DNA of 64,000 nt from Chrysomallon squamiferum. Lineage: Eukaryota > Animalia > Mollusca. The stretch covers positions 27,776,001 through 27,840,000 of the forward strand of contig CM022665.1 of NCBI GenBank assembly GCA_012295275.1, given 5' to 3'. The notes below the pieces were generated by a model. The model was not told the origin of the DNA. It ran no database searches and saw only the letters and a program-made list of their open reading frames with translations. This document shows, piece by piece, positions 40,284 to 55,519 of this stretch; within the stretch, counting starts at the first letter, position 1; every line of letters starts with the position of its first letter. A program made the position numbers and the translations under genes.

Positions 40284-41138
40284 TTTGTAATACTTGCACA
40301 AATTTTTGTCATTAATTTAGTTATTTGTTGTATTGTAGTGTATATTTTAAAATTATTATTATTGTTGTTGTTATTGTTGTCGTCGTTGTTATTGTTGTTA
40401 TTGTTAGTATTTACTATCTGCTAATCATAAATAGGAGTTCAAAATAATTTTAAAAAAGACATGTATATACATAGCTCTGTACATTTATACCTGTGTATAT
40501 GCAGATAGAATTAAACAGACAGACAGGCAGACAGACACAGAGAGCGAATTTTTATATTATGGAGCCGTATCCCAGGATATAGTCTAACCTATAACACAAC
40601 ACACTATAAAACAATATAATATAATATAATATAATGTAATGTAATATAATGTAATCTAATGTAGTGTAATGTAATGAAATGCAGTGCAGTGTAATCTAAT
40701 GCAGTGCAGTGTATTGTAATACAGTATAGCTTAATACAGCACACAGCACAGCACAGCATAGCATAGTATAGTATAGTATAGTATAGTATAGCATAGCATA
40801 TTAAAGTATAGCATAGCACAGCATAGCATAAAGCAGCACAACACATCACATCCCAACAAAACCAGTACAGTACAGGATAATATAATGCAATATTTTGAAC
40901 AGCTGAAGAGGATGATCCGAGATGTAACCTGTCTATAAACAGAGGTTTCTGCCCGGACACCGATGATGATGATGAAGATTATTACGACGGTTCTCTCACA
41001 TACCACTGGTTCTATTCAGCTGAAGATGATAGATGTATACGCCTGCCTTACTACGGGTGTGGAGGAAACGCAAACAGATTTGACACTGAAGGCGACTGTG
41101 CGGGAACGTGTGTCAGTCCTATGTTGGAACAAAAATAA
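39960..41138 (+). CDS. Secreted Kunitz gene K9, join(39960-39961,40163-40227,40903-41138); split ATG with an in-frame second ATG at 40170
   Basis: MFAMIIINILFLYIFLSRFTVN, then AEEDDPRCNLSINRGFCPDTDDDDEDYYDGSLTYHWFYSAEDDRCIRLPYYGCGGNANRFDTEGDCAGTCVSPMLEQK*. The Kunitz frame is absent from the ORF track. Confidence 0.88.
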
Positions 41139-41188
41139 ATTCTGTAACATATTTCTAAAATTCTATAATCAGTTCTTCTTCTTCTTCT

Positions 41189-41234
<46 letters not shown>

Positions 41235-41798
41235 GAATTAATACGAATAAAATAAAAATAAACTGACAACGATGAAATAAAAATACATATTAATTGCTAA
41301 AAATATGTTTTTGTTATTTTTTTAATCATCATAATTTGTTTCTTTTGTTTTACTGTCTCTGTTTTTCTTTGTAAAACACTTGCAAAAATACATCAGCAGT
41401 CATATAAAATGCCGCACTAACTCAAGTATCATTAAATCAGTGGAAATACCAAGCAAATTGTATTCAGACATTGATTTAATAAAGCGTCACTCTTCTGCAA
41501 ATTTCTGTGCCTTTTAGCCATAGAACTGCTACTGTAACATGAGAGAGGCGTGCACGTGCGTTTTGGAGTTTCAAGAATTCTGCTCTTAAACAATAACATG
41601 CTGCAGCACGTGCACAAAGTATGGTTTGCTGTGTTTTCTGTGCCCGTCAGTTTAATTGCTTTTGATGGAACATTCTAAACTTCTATACATCTAACCTGAC
41701 GTTTCGAAAATAAAGATGGATAGAAACAGAGAAAGAGAGATGAAGACAGAGAAAGAAAAATAATAGCTAGATAGATAGAAAGACACACTCACACAAAC

Positions 41799-41860
<62 letters not shown>

Positions 41861-42722
41861 TTAGTGAGTACTAGAAACACACCTGACAAGTATGTATTAT
41901 TAACAGTAACATTACTGAAGAGTACTGAGGATGGACATGATTTAAAAATCGAGAGAGACAGGTGATGTAGTTTGTGTTTATTTTAAAAAGAAAGATAATA
42001 TTAATAATAATGATGATAATAATAATAATAAATAAATAAATAAATAATACAATGCACGTCAACGATTATGTTCGGATTTTACAGTTCCGAACTCGGCCGA
42101 TGATGACGACATAATCTGTGGCCTAACTGATCATAACGTCATCGGCCATAGTTCAAGGAAAAGAATAGGTATTTCTTAACATTATGACAATTATACTGTT
42201 TTAAAAATAAATTAATGATAATAGGATATTTACTTTTCAGTAATCAACAGAAATATTATCTGACTCATTTCAGTTTTACTACCTTGCAAAAGCGTAAGCT
42301 TTATTTAACGCAGACAGTATGTTTGTCTCCTGTACATAAAACAGTTAATTAAATGTTATTTATACAGCTGCGAACTGAAATATTTAAATATAATAAGAAC
42401 TGTTCTGAAATCAGTATCAATGTTCGTGACGCCTAGAACAATTGCCTGCTTCTGAGGGAAGAAACCAAATGTCTGTATTTTTATATATACACGTAAATGT
42501 TATATAGATAACATACACATGTACATAAGTACATGAACACACACAAACACACACACATAGACACACACACAATACATACACACACACACACACATATATA
42601 TATATAGATAGAGAGATAGACATACATGCACATTACATAATACATAATATGGAAAGATTTATACATAAGACAAACACTCAGACATAATTACGAATGTTTA
42701 CGTTCACTATTTCAGGGTAACA

Positions 42723-43470
42723 ATGAAGAATCTGATTACTTTTATGATGTTGTTGTTTGTTTGCTGCGCACCTGTAGCTCCTCAAACTTTACCACTTCCA
42801 ACTTCAAGTAATTTTAATCTATCTCTCTATTTGTCTGTCTGTCTGTCTGTCTACCTGTCTCGCTATCTATCTATCTATATATGTGTGTATATTTATTTAT
42901 CTAACCATGTATCTATCTGTCTGTAGTTATGTGTGTCAGTGTCTGTTTACCTATCTACCTGCTTTTCTACGTATGTATATATGTGTTCTCGCGTTTATAA
43001 GTTTATAGTGTAAAAAACATTAATATATTCTAAAGTGTACACAACATTTTTATTTTACTGTTCTGTTAAGAAACGAATGAACAAAGTCTTTTTATTTCAA
43101 CTTGTTTATTTATATTTTCAAATATTTTATTCTACAATTATTTTTAAAAACAAAATATTGTTTATTAATTAATTTAGCCAAGATTAAATAATTCATCATC
43201 ATCATCATCATCATCACTTTTATTATATATTTTACTGTTTTTGCAGGAATGTTCTGCAACATGACAATAGATCAAGGCACAATTTGTCCTAACAAACAGG
43301 TTCGCGAACCTGAGATGATCTGGTACTTTGACAAAAGTACAAACCTCTGCAAGGAGTTACCTTACCTGGGATGTGGCGGAAACGATAACAGGTTCCCAAC
43401 CGAAGAAATCTGCTCCATCCTCTGCAGTAAACGAAACCAAACAACTGCAACCAACACAACTGGCTCTTAA
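42723..43470 (+). CDS. Secreted Kunitz gene K10, join(42723-42807,43247-43470)
   Basis: MKNLITFMMLLFVCCAPVAPQTLPLPTS, donor 42808. RMFCNMTIDQGTICPNKQVREPEMIWYFDKSTNLCKELPYLGCGGNDNRFPTEEICSILCSKRNQTTATNTTGS*. Confidence 0.9.
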
Positions 43471-43565
43471 ACCGGCTGCTCTGTATTTGCGAGTGTGCGT
43501 TTGTGCGTATGTGTGTGCATGCATTGTCAAGTGAATATTGTTTACTCTATTTCTATGTATGTATG

Positions 43566-43608
<43 letters not shown>

Positions 43609-43665
43609 CGTGAATATGTGTAAATACTCTGTTATATACATCTCTATTCAAAAGTATTCTGAAGA

Positions 43666-43700
<35 letters not shown>

Positions 43701-43992
43701 GTTATCATTATTATTGATATTTTTATTTTATTGATATATATTAGTAACTCTGTTGAAAAATAAAAAAAAAAACGAAAAGAAAAAAACGATGTTGATGTTT
43801 TGCTTATATGTAATTTTCTTATTTGTAGGTTCTGTAATTAGCTTTCCCTCATTTTCCCCTTTCTTTCTCTCTCTTTCCTATAATCAGAAACTTTTAAATA
43901 ACGAGCAAAATAATAATTATTACGATGAAGAAGAAGATGATGATGTCGACATGATGATGATGAAGATGATGATGATGATGATACTAATAATG

Positions 43993-44050
<58 letters not shown>

Positions 44051-45378
44051 CAACAGCAACAAAGCAACAATTATGACAATTAAAAAAATAAAAATAAAAA
44101 ATAAAACAAAATAAAAAAGATTAAAAATATAAAAAATATAAAAATGCACAAGGATTTTGCCATTATTGCAAAAGTGATGAATTAACTCTCCTTCAGTGTA
44201 TGACTCTTCAATGGTTTCATCTATTTTTTAATTTCTTATTAGCTCACAGTTTAAGTGGAAAATGTATTTTGCCCCCATTTTATCTCAAACGTTTGTTGAA
44301 TATGTTTTTCAATAGTTGTCCAACATGTCACTTATGACTTTCTCTCTTATCTTATCTTCTTTAGATGCATTTTGTTCAGCCATTGAAACTATTTGTCAGT
44401 ATCTCCACTGTACATAGGTAGTGGCTGGCAAACTTGTTACTTATATCAACTGAAATGTTAACTGCTTATTATAACACAATGTTATTGTACTGGTCTGTGA
44501 CCAAACATTTTTGCTGAATATTTCATTTATTTCATACTTTAGGCAAACTGAAGGTAAGTATAGTTAGTTGTGGGTGTAATGGAAGGAAACCAGGGAGACG
44601 TGTGTGGATTTTTATTTATTTATTTTGAGCAAGGGGTGAGGAGGGATTAGGTCGTGTATTGAACGCTGTTACGTAGGTACTGGCTGAGTGACACTGGCGT
44701 GCCTAATGTTTCTGGAGTAGCTGTGTCCACATTTGTTGAGTGTCAGTTTGTAATTACGATGACGTCATGGTGAATTTGAATTTGCCACGATTTCATACCA
44801 GTTTAATACTGGAGACAGCTGGTGAAAAGATTACATCACATGTATTTAAATACACAGAAAGAGACAAAAAAATAATAATACAGATTTTAATTTTTTTTTT
44901 CTTTTTAAATATACTTTTTTTAAATGTTTAAACAGTTAACAAACTGAAACAAATACAAAAATATTTCATCAATAACAACAACAACAGTAATAATAACAAC
45001 AACAATAACAACAATAATAATAATAAGGATGAGAAAGAGAACGATTATGATGATGATGATTAAAAATAATAAAAAATCTATATATAAAAAGATTTTCGCC
45101 CCCCCCCACAAAAAATAATAAAAAAAACAACAAAAAAACGGAATTTGTTTTTATTTAGAACTGTCAGTATAAAACACATTAAAACGTTTTATCATTTTTT
45201 TATTAAAATTTTGGCCGCATTTGAATAATTGAAACCAAATACAGGTTCTAAATTTTAATATGCAGTTTGCTTTTGAACTGAATGGTGTTTTATGGGAAGA
45301 TTCAGTTAAGTAAGAACCTTGATAATAAACAGTTTTAATAAACCGGTTTTGGTTGTGTGACGAAGTATAACGGTAATA

Positions 45379-45386
45379 TGACGTAA
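45379..45386 (+). promoter_or_regulatory. CRE variant, K11 promoter
   Basis: TGACGTAA with a downstream ACGT and a donor at 45473. An exact TGACGTCA also lies at 44760-44767. Confidence 0.55.
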
Positions 45387-45693
45387 TAAAATAAATAACG
45401 TCGTTAGTTCCAGCATTTGTTATCAGTGTTTAGAACTGAAACCGTCGTTCAGATATTTAAAAAACAAAAAAGGTAAACATTAGATGTCTTTGATTATATA
45501 TTCTAACAATATTTTAAAATCCACAAATCAAATAAACATTAATTATCTAAAAATGTTTTTTTTTTTTATTGGTTTTATTGTTACTTTGTTTTTGAATTTT
45601 AACTGTCTTTTTTTTTTTTTTCTTTTTTTTTTCTTTTTTTATTAATCCACTGTTAATTCTGTATATATATTTCTACTATATTTCAGGTTCATT

Positions 45694-45817
45694 ATGAGGA
45701 TTCTGCTCATTCTTTTGCTGTTTCTCTTCGTTATGAGAGCCTCTGGCATTCGTGAGTAACTTAACTAACTTCTTCTATTTTACTTAATTAAAAATGTATT
45801 AATTGTTTTATTTAATT

Positions 45818-45848
<31 letters not shown>

Positions 45849-46092
45849 TATTCTTACTTACTTTTTTATTTTTATCGTTGCAGTCCGCTGTAAAATGCCA
45901 ATAGACCACGGCGTCGTCTGTCCCAATGAAGAAGAAGATGAAGACGACGATGATGATGACTACCCGGTAATGAAGTGGTTCTATAACGCACAGATCGATG
46001 AATGTCAAAAGCTTCAGTATTTCGGATGCGGTGGAAACGGAAATCGGTTTTCAACCAAAAAGGCTTGCAGAAACCTCTGTGTCACAGAATAA
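45694..46092 (+). CDS. Secreted Kunitz gene K11, join(45694-45751,45884-46092)
   Basis: Signal MRILLILLLFLFVMRASGI, GTGAGT donor 45752. LRCKMPIDHGVVCPNEEEDEDDDDDDYPVMKWFYNAQIDECQKLQYFGCGGNGNRFSTKKACRNLCVTE*. Confidence 0.93.
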
Positions 46093-46695
46093 CTGTAGAT
46101 ATCCATATTTGAATTAAAATGCTGAGAAAATATATAAAGACTTTGTTTTGTTTTCCTAGAGTTAGTCTTCTTCTCCTCCGACTTCTTCTTATTATTATTA
46201 TTATTATCACAGTGTAACTATGACCGTTATTATTTATTTTTACTATTTTTATTTTTATTTTTTTAATTTTTTTTCTATCTGAATGTCTGCTTGTATATAT
46301 ATATATATATATACAATATTATCGATGGATTTGTTTAATATGAACGGAATGTCGATTCCAAAGAAAAGAACAGCATGCAGAAAAAACTCTGTGCATCTGA
46401 AAAACAGCGTTTCTTGTTCAAGTTATCTGGAAGAAAGGTAATGGAAAAGACATCCCCGATTCCATTTTAAGAAATAATTCATTTATTAATAAGAAATAGT
46501 TGGTCTGTGGTCAGAATTTCATATCCTGCTATACTTTGATCAAAGTCACTAGTTTGTGATTTATTTATTTTTACTGTTTATGAACAAATTAACTGCGACC
46601 AAAAAATTAAACAAGTAGAATTTTCACTAGACACAAACTGGAAGGCTATAGCCAAGATTAAATAATTTTTGCTTTTAAATATACGCATACAAATA

Positions 46696-47380
46696 CACTG
46701 ATACCGTGACTTATGAGTTTAATTTGTTCTGTGACTGAGCCCGTCACTCAATTAGCTCGTATATCAAATCAATTTTCCCAACTGAAATTAACTGAAATAC
46801 CATTAATCCATTCCAGCCTCCCCCAAAACACCCCATTTTTTTGTAACATGTTTTTAAAATAAGAAAAATGTATTTATAAATGACAAATATTGTATAAAAA
46901 ACTAAATAACAGAGAATGTAAAGAAATAAATTGGTTTTGTAAAGTGTATTTATCTTGGAGATCAGACAAATTATTTTAACGCCTTTATCGACTCCTTCTG
47001 CTTCAGTATGATACATATCGTAGAATTATTACGCTCGTACTGCCTAGCTAAGTCGACTACACCACACCTCGCTCGTGTTGTTCTATGATTTCATGCTTTA
47101 ATTCAATGGACATCATCGGCTTCTTCTTTTCAGCACTCTACTCACTTTCTTAGGATCCATGGCCAGAAAAAAATACAGCATAAAACGCAAACACAACACA
47201 ATAGAGATGCTTCTGCGGCGAGGTAACCACGTGAAGTAAACGAGTGAGACGCGGGATGCTGGCCGGATGTTGTGTTGTTCGTTGCGCCGACTAGCGGCGG
47301 CGTTTCTGAAGCTAGTTCGTAACTCGGATTTTGGCTCGCAAAAAATCGACTGAGCGGCTGCCCATAACTCGAGATACTCT
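46696..47380 (-). mobile_element. Tigger/pogo-like element, longer relative of 29228-29607
   Basis: Shares ~330 bp with the 29.2 kb MITE. The minus strand has MDPKKVS...KRR, like a Tigger transposase start. The right TIR is degenerate. Confidence 0.7.
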
Positions 47381-48088
47381 TTGATCATTTGCCGAAACCG
47401 TGTTTTTGCAAGTCTCTGCTTTTTAAAAATGATGTTAATGTATTTCATTTTAAAAGACGATATAAATAAATTGAAGTACAACCCTTCTTTTAAACGTTTT
47501 TTATTAGTTGTCTGTTTGTTTGGTCTAAGTTCCACTCCAGTGTTAACAATGGATATTTTCCTTCCACGAACATTAATTTACAGGGTTTATCCTGACCTTC
47601 TCTCGCACCTAGAATACCTGTCTTCTTTACAAACATCTTCTCTTTCATAACACAGATGCATCTGTCAGTATACGATAATATATAGATACATCTATCCATA
47701 TATATATACACACAGACCCGGTGAACAAAAGCTATACTTTCCGCTCTACGATAATGAGAGAATGAAGTACAAAACAGTAACAAATATATTCTGCTGCATT
47801 TAACAGCACTTTTACTGCTTGATTTCATAACCATAATAACACCAGGGTATTACGTAAGATCAAAATTTGTTGACTGGTTTCGTTGAATGAAAAAAAAAAA
47901 AAAAGAAGAAGAAAAAAAGGATGCTTCTGTAATTTACTGCTCGTATAGCAATATTCTTTTTCGTATATCGCATATTTGATACCGTAAACCGCACCGCAAA
48001 ACGTATATCACACACCGAACTGCATACCGCATACTGCAGATCCCTTACTTCTCTTCGTGTGAAGTCGGAACAAATAATACATATTTAT

Positions 48089-48096
48089 TGACGTCA
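48089..48096 (+). promoter_or_regulatory. CRE, K12 promoter
   Basis: TGACGTCA followed by AACGTG. Confidence 0.7.
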
Positions 48097-48857
48097 TCAG
48101 TATTCAACGTGTTTGTTCGAAGGTAACTGCCTTTTTGAAAGCATCCTGAGTCGAAACTGTTTTCTTTTAAGAATTATAAAGGTGTGTTTTTCTGTTATAT
48201 AATTTTTATTAGTTACAAACATTTTTAAAATATAGACTTGAGCATTATGTATGGGTTCCCAAACGACAAGCTTTACGAAATATAATTCTGAAAGAAAAAC
48301 ATTTCTTAAGTTTAACCGCTGGAAATTCTGTATTCATTTAGCAATGGTAACGCATTTATTATTATTATTATTACTATTATTATTATTATTATTATAGTCA
48401 GATAAAGATGTATTTATTAGTAAAAAAAAATAAAAAATCCATCTCTGAAGAAAAACAGAAATAAAGAATAGGTAATTTTTATTATTTATTTTTTTCTTCT
48501 ATTATATTATCTGCAGACTGCCATATGAAACCGTCGCGCCTGAAGAGTTATTTTTCATCGAGCGAGCACTACAGCTTCAAAAACTATTAAACAATAAATA
48601 AGCGGGTTATTTTTCAAACACAAAACTAAATGTGAAAGAAGATAGGTCTAAAATATTCTATTTAAGTAATTGAACTTAACATTTCGGGTTTTGAAATTCG
48701 CTATTTAATAAAAAAAAAAAAAAAAAAATTAAATTCAAAAAAATGTAACGAGCGCCATTAGCTAATTCTTAGAATAAATTAAAAACGTTGAAAGTAATAA
48801 TAAATAAAAATACTTATGTGATGACATGCAGGATTAAAAATAAGGGTTAAAAAATAA

Positions 48858-48893
<36 letters not shown>

Positions 48894-48943
48894 ATATTTA
48901 CTAATTCACTGTGTTTTTAATATTGATATATTTCAGACTGATA

Positions 48944-49490
48944 ATGAAGGTTATTTTTCTCCTTCTACTGTTGATGTTCGTTTCCACGGTTTCTGCTATT
49001 CGTAAGAAATATTTTTTTAAATTTATTATACTTATGAAATGATTTTCATCATACTCTAGTAAACTCTTGGGGATCCATTAAGCATAAGATATTTATTTAT
49101 TTATTTTATATTTATTTTTTGACATTAATTAAAATACATATTATTATTATTATTATTATTATTATTGTTATTATTATTATTATTGTTATTATTATTATTA
49201 CTATTATTATTATTATTATTACTATTGTTATTGTTATTATTATTAGTGTTATTATTATTATTATTATAATTATTATTATTTCGCCTGCAGTACGCTGTAA
49301 GCTGCCTATAGACCATGGCGAGGAATGTTCTGATGAGGAAGACAACGGGGACGAAGATTACCCAGTGCTGAGGTGGTTCTACCACGTCGCAACAAACACA
49401 TGTCAGAAACTGAAATACTACGGCTGCGGCGGCAACAACAACAGATTCACGTCACGATCTGACTGTGACACAATGTGTGTTCACGATTAG
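48944..49490 (+). CDS. Secreted Kunitz gene K12, join(48944-49001,49291-49490)
   Basis: Signal MKVIFLLLLLMFVSTVSAI, GTAAGA donor 49002. LRCKLPIDHGEECSDEEDNGDEDYPVLRWFYHVATNTCQKLKYYGCGGNNNRFTSRSDCDTMCVHD*. Confidence 0.93.
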
Positions 49491-49916
49491 ATTTCCGATC
49501 TTAACAGTTCTTGTGCAATAAAAGTATAAGTAACGTGTTTTGTGTTTGTTATCTTAGGAAAACATTTACGTCTACTATTTTACGTTTACTCAGCTGGTTC
49601 CTCGTGTTTTTAATTGGCAACACTGGCCAGTAACAATTTTCATAAACTGTCGCCCTAGGCTACAGCCTAGAAAGCCTATATGTGAAATCCGGCCCTGTGT
49701 ATCTCTCTGTTAAAGGAAAAGTAATAATAAAATATTTTGGGATGGATACAAGGTGATGTGTCCATGGAAATAATTCATTAACAAGCTGAAAAAAGAAAAA
49801 ATATATATGTTACAATATGAAAAAAAGTAATTAAGTGCAGACAGAATATTTCATTACTTTCTGTCTCAAATTGTCTTACAAATCGTAAACATATTTTTCT
49901 ATAAATTTAAATTCTT

Positions 49917-49981
<65 letters not shown>

Positions 49982-50345
49982 ATGTATGTGTGTGTGTGTG
50001 TGTGTTTATATATATATATATTAACTAATTAATATCTATTTATTGAAAATATCATTAAATCTCAGCTTTTACTGGAAAAACAAATGATCAGTTTCACATT
50101 AATTGAAAACATGTTTTAATGAGAAAATGAACAAAATTAAAAACGAAGGGACATTTTTATTATAAAATAATATTGTAGTGAATTACTTACGCTATTTTCG
50201 AGACAGATACTATTATTTATTTTGTAAGTTGTACATTATGCTTAATTAAATTTTTCAGACAAGCTGTTTGATAGATCTATCACAACATGGCGGCTAATAA
50301 ATTACAAGCTGAAAGGAGCGGTTTTAAAAAGAGACATACACAAAA

Positions 50346-50379
<34 letters not shown>

Positions 50380-50435
50380 ACTACGAAAGATAACATTAGT
50401 TTTATTTCAGCCTTATCCTTAGTTACCTCCCTTGA

Positions 50436-50469
<34 letters not shown>

Positions 50470-51606
50470 TCATTTATTTATTTACTTACCTTTTTATTTA
50501 TTATAATTATTATTTTTTAATCTGTTTATTTATGTTTTTATTGTTTATCGATATCCTAAGTAAATGTTTTACGACAGCTTTTGAAATGAAGTAGTTCTTA
50601 TTAAAATTATGTTATTTTATGAACTTACTAATTCATACACTATTTTTCATTTAACCACCGATCTACAATTAAACTGATCAATCTTAAAAGACGGGATCCC
50701 TAATACCATAGGCAACCCAGTAGAAAGAATGAAAAACCAATTAACCTGATAATCAGAGCGAGCTGTTATGAAGCACGTCTATGTCAGGCTTGTCAAGGCC
50801 ACAGGGCGTGTCTGTCACACACCAGGAGACTTTAGTTTGCAGTATTTAAACATGTTTGGTCTGCTGTAATGGTTGGGCAATTACTGCATACAGTAAAGAC
50901 GTTTAGAGATATCTGAGTTCACTAGATTTTCTTACTGAAAGGGTTTGTATTGCGTTTTTATTTTTCATCCTTAATGTTAACAACGCGTCAAAAATAGTAA
51001 GTGGTGGTTTGTCACGAAACAGCCCCAGTTGAAGATGACAACAGTGGTAACTGCTGAATGCGAACGTCCACTATAAATGTATGTGAGAGCACAGTTCACA
51101 ACTGACAGAAATTTAACAAACGACAAAGCAGATTACCCCTAAATAATTCTCCAAAGAGGCCTGCCTGTTCTTTCGTAGGCTTATTATTAACAGAGTTCTG
51201 CTACATAAACACTGTAATAGTGTTCTTCCTCATCTTAGAAAGAAATTTTTGAAAATAGAAATGAATTATTATTATTATTATTTGTATTGTTGTTGTTGTT
51301 TAATGGCGCCTATAGTTACCAAGGTGAAAAAAGAATTAATTGTGTACTTACGAAGTTCATTTTTTTTTTTTTCTTCAGAGTTTCTTTCCTTAGGTTGATG
51401 TCTGAAGTGCAGTTTCTAAATTTGACACCCATATTCAACAGATGGAAACTGAATTCACATGAGATTATTACTGAAAAGTTAACTAACACTATTTTATCAC
51501 ATGTATTTACACTGCACTGAGATCACAGGATCAATCCTTACTGGGGCGCTCCTCACACTGTTTTCAGTTCTAACCATTGGTACATGACCAATGTATGAAA
51601 ACATGA

Positions 51607-51649
<43 letters not shown>

Positions 51650-51872
51650 ACCTCAGGTTTTCACACATACATACGTACATACATATATATATATATTTAT
51701 TTCAAAGATTCACCATGATAAATGATGGACATGACGGCCACAGTTTCCTCATAATTATATTTTACGTTTAGTGATCATGATTTATGTATCAGTAGTACTA
51801 AAATGCATAGAGCTACTGTCAAACTTTCATTTACTCAGAATAACGTTATCTTAAAAATAATAATAATCAAAA

Positions 51873-51924
<52 letters not shown>

Positions 51925-52434
51925 AATTAGTAGTAGTATTATTATTAGTTTTATTTGTTGTTGATGTTGTTTTTATAATGTTATCTGCAATAGGATCATA
52001 TCTCTGTTTATAATTTTAAAAAAAATTTTTGTTTATTGTAGCTGCTATTACGTGTTAATACCATGAATTGCTGGTATTGAAATCGAGAATTAAATAGAGA
52101 AGATGCGTAGTTAAATTAATAATATTAAAATCTTAATTAGATTAATTGCAGACGGGGAAATCAACTATAAAAGCAGACTAGTAATAAATGTTATACTGAA
52201 AAAAATAAAATAAAATAAAATAAAAATAAATTTTTAATAAAATATTTGATTTTCTTGTAAATGTGCTAGAAGGCATCAGTGAGCTGTATTTCAGGTAATT
52301 TACAACTTAACGTAAGTGTATGAACCATAATTATCAGTTTAATTTATAAATTCAATGGGCGGCCCTTGACTGTCGGAATAGTATTTACTGGCGCGTAAGT
52401 AAGTTTCAAAATTATTATTATTTTTATAATATTA

Positions 52435-52642
52435 ATAGTAGTAGTAGTAGCAGTAGTAATAGTAGCAGTAGCAGTGGTAGTAATAGTAACAGTAATAGTA
52501 GTAATAGTAGTAGTAACAGTAGTAGTAGTAGTAATAGCAGTAGTAGCAGTAGTAGTACTAGTAGTAGTAGTAGTAGTAGTAGTAATAGTAGTAGTAGTAG
52601 TAGTAGTAATAGTATTAGTAGCAGTAGTAGTAGTAGTAGTAT

Positions 52643-52686
<44 letters not shown>

Positions 52687-52700
52687 ATAATAATAATAAA
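52435..52700. repeat. (AGT)n microsatellite
   Basis: Imperfect AGT/AGC/AAT trinucleotide run. Confidence 0.95.
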
Positions 52701-53312
52701 GCAAAACTTTAAAAAAAATCACATTAAGTTCTGCAGTCGTCAAATATATCACCTGACCATTAGTGCTTTTGCAGTGTCACTGAATAACTGAGTAGAAACA
52801 CACTTTGTTGCGGCAGTGGAGTGATTTGGTCAATTACCTTCACCAAGAAGATACTTGTCATCTCAAATCATGAATCAAAGTTTACAATGTACTTTTTCCT
52901 TTCCAGAAACAATCTGAGCCAAAGACTCATGATCAGTGATGGTTTCTTGTTAGTGAATCCCGCCTGGCCATAGAAGCTATCCAATACAGAACAACTAGAA
53001 TTTTCCTTCTTGACGATTTCGTGTTAAACAGCAAACACTGCAGCAAAGTGGGCAATGCAGTCTTGGAAAAAGATAACATCGATTTCAGTTGGCGATTGTT
53101 TCCCCACTGCCATTATCAGCATTTCTTGAGGTCTAAGATGATTTATAAATTTGTCTGTCCTAAGAGTCTTGCTTCATTTTCGCGTGGGGTGTATCCAATT
53201 GGTTTTTAGTACGGAATTACACAATATACTTCTTTCTTAGAGGTCTGTTTTGCAAATATTATTTTGACTTTTATTTTAAACAACATGTTTTTTCTAAACA
53301 ACGAAGAGAGCT

Positions 53313-53822
<510 letters not shown>

Positions 53823-53956
53823 CAACCCTTTTTCATTAATTCATTATTAATTAAATAATACATTTACTGATAATAGATTTCACATTAGCAGGTAATATTT
53901 CATTTAGTTATTGTAACGAATACACCCAATAATAATAATACTGATATTAATACTAA

Positions 53957-54007
<51 letters not shown>

Positions 54008-54104
54008 AGTTAATTAATTAATTAAATAATTAATAATACTACTAATAAATGATGATCAAGATTGTTCGACACCAGACATCATGATCATCAACATCATCAT
54101 CACA

Positions 54105-54160
<56 letters not shown>

Positions 54161-54184
54161 ATATATCTGGATACGAAATTCAAA

Positions 54185-54192
54185 TGACGTCA
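54185..54192 (+). promoter_or_regulatory. CRE, K13 promoter
   Basis: TGACGTCA; donor AAG|GTATGT at 54301. Confidence 0.72.
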
Positions 54193-54529
54193 TCATTTAT
54201 CCGTTGGCAAACGCTTGTCTTTTCTACAAGTACTGCCCATAATAATTAATATTTCTGTTACTATTTTGTTACTGAAATATTCCTTCATATTAAAAACAAG
54301 GTATGTATATTATTTTTCCATAGCAAAGAATTTACTAGAGGTGAAAACAATATTTAGCTGCTGAACGACTCAGGAAAGTGAAACAATTTGCAAAGAAGAG
54401 AGATTTTCTGAATAGTTAAAACAATGTTACAAACATATAGCTTATTGATAACGAAGATTTAATTATAAACATGACTAAATTATTTTTATTCTTATTCTTA
54501 ATAATCATAAATTCTTCTTCTTCTTCTTC

Positions 54530-54561
<32 letters not shown>

Positions 54562-54596
54562 TACTATTATTATTATTATTATTTTGCAGATCTACA

Positions 54597-55014
54597 ATGA
54601 AGATTATAGCTATCTTTCTGCTTTTGTTCTTTGTCACGAGCGTTTCTGCAATCAGTAAATATTTTTAATTCCATATTTTACATTTATACTTATTAATACA
54701 TACAACAACGTAAAATTAATAATGAAACCAGTATTTATATTACAACATCAGTATAGTATGTATGTATGTATGTATGTTCACGTTTTTATATATATTTTAT
54801 TTTTCTGTACCTAGGTAGATGTAACATGCCAATAGATCATGGCAAATCATGTTCTGGCGAAGATGAAGATGATGAAGATTTCTACCCGATGAAGAAATGG
54901 TTCTACAACGCCAAGTTAGACAAATGTCAGAAGATGCAGTACTTGGGATGCGGGGGAAACGGCAACAGATTTTCAACGAAAAAAGCTTGTTACGACCTCT
55001 GCGTCGATGATTAA
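54597..55014 (+). CDS. Secreted Kunitz gene K13, join(54597-54654,54815-55014)
   Basis: Signal MKIIAIFLLLFFVTSVSAI, donor 54655. SRCNMPIDHGKSCSGEDEDDEDFYPMKKWFYNAKLDKCQKMQYLGCGGNGNRFSTKKACYDLCVDD*. Confidence 0.93.
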
Positions 55015-55136
55015 TGTAGCAAGATTCAAAATACTTAAATAAAGATTGCCTGTAAAGCATTTTCCTTGGTCTTTGTTGTGGTTATTGTCGTTGTTGATGT
55101 TGTTGTTATGATTGTTTTTTCTTCGTCGTCTTATTG

Positions 55137-55187
<51 letters not shown>

Positions 55188-55487
55188 GCAGTAGTAGTAG
55201 TAATAATAATAGAAGTAGTAGTAATAACAATACAAGTGATAGCAGTAGTAGTTGTTGTTGTTGCTGCAGATACAGCAGTAGTGGTTGTAGTAGAAGTGGT
55301 AACAGCATCAGTGGTATTAGCATTAGTCGTAACAATAGTATTAGTAGGAACTGTTGTTGTTGTAGCAGCAGTAGTATTTTACTTCATCTCTCATCATCAT
55401 CGTGTCCGCTATCAAAATCTTCTACTGCTTCTTTTTCTCATAATCATCGTCATCATATATTATTATTATTGTTGTTGTTGTTGTTGT

Positions 55488-55519
<32 letters not shown>

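Noticed and set aside
44760-44767. Extra CRE as evidence of a missing gene between K10 and K11
   Set aside because: No signal exon or Kunitz exon lies between it and the K11 leader. It is more simply a distal K11 site or chance.
52740-53270. Higher-complexity stretch, possibly a decayed transposase or gene on the minus strand
   Set aside because: I could not identify a motif or a sustained reading frame by eye. It needs BLASTX.
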